Made by a program: the position numbers and the translations under genes
Notes under the pieces: generated by a model
Seen by the model: the letters and a program-made list of their open reading frames with translations, nothing else
Database searches by the model: none
What the model was told of the DNA's origin: nothing
Part shown: in pieces, positions 55,010 through 55,085 of the stretch
Position numbering within the stretch: the first letter of the stretch is position 1
How the letters are laid out: every line of letters begins with the position of its first letter
IMG/VR virus record: IMGVR_UViG_3300027797_000014
Strand: one strand, 5' to 3'
Source of the DNA: an uncultured virus (IMG/VR IMGVR_UViG_3300027797_000014)
Lineage: Duplodnaviria; Heunggongvirae; Uroviricota; Caudoviricetes
DNA: 55,085 nucleotides

Positions 55010-55085
55010 ATGGCATGTAATTGTACAAAATGTAGTAGTAAATGTGGTTGTGCTGATACAGCATTAACAAACCCATGTACATATA
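55010..55085 (+). CDS. Partial Cys-rich protein (runs off window)
   Basis: MACNCTKCSSKCGCADTALTNPCTY. Confidence 0.6.
   Translation, partial: MACNCTKCSSKCGCADTALTNPCTY

Larger units (their letters stand above)
22657..55085 (+). other. Phage late/structural arm (crAss-like phage)
   Basis: Gene order nuclease - TerL - large portal - acidic scaffold - MCP - head-tail genes - fibres, as in Crassvirales. Confidence 0.9.

Noticed and set aside
1..55085. Stop-codon reassignment (TAG/TGA) as in some crAss-like phages
   Set aside because: Long genes are intact under code 11, coding density is high, and there is no suppressor tRNA in the window
1..55085. Prophage or host chromosome context
   Set aside because: No integrase, att site or cellular housekeeping synteny; ung, groES and the tRNAs are embedded among phage genes

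Overview
This AT-rich window is most of a crAss-like (Crassvirales-type) phage genome that infects a Bacteroidota host. The host assignment rests on TAnnTTTG promoters and A-rich translation starts without Shine-Dalgarno sequences. Two divergent arms meet at a structured non-coding switch at ~22405-22656. The leftward arm (1-22404, minus strand) holds small early genes, tRNA-Leu(TAA) and tRNA-Arg(TCT), an HNH nuclease, an SF2 helicase, uracil-DNA glycosylase, a DnaB-type helicase, a Sak4-like ATPase, primase, a RusA-like resolvase, a peptidase-vWA/MoxR-like AAA module with two diverged paralogous partner genes, and a partial exonuclease. The rightward arm (22657-55085, plus strand) holds a cluster of small, very basic proteins, an amidase endolysin, an HU/IHF-like protein, a PD-(D/E)XK nuclease, GroES, TerL, portal, scaffold, major capsid protein, head-tail proteins, a ferritin-like protein, Cys-rich virion proteins and tail fibres, one ending in an S74 chaperone. 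The genetic code is standard. I saw no introns, inteins, CRISPR array, DGR or integrase, and the DNA polymerase and virion RNAP genes are not in the window. The most notable observations are: (1) a duplicated first early gene, each copy with its own conserved upstream element and one with a GGA-triloop hairpin; (2) the vWA-peptidase/AAA/paired BRCT-like operon; (3) near-absence of TCG/CGA; (4) terminator hairpins sharing a UGUAAMAG loop; (5) a candidate structured ncRNA; (6) the basic xxGG-repeat protein cluster. All product calls come from motif recognition by eye; no database search was run.
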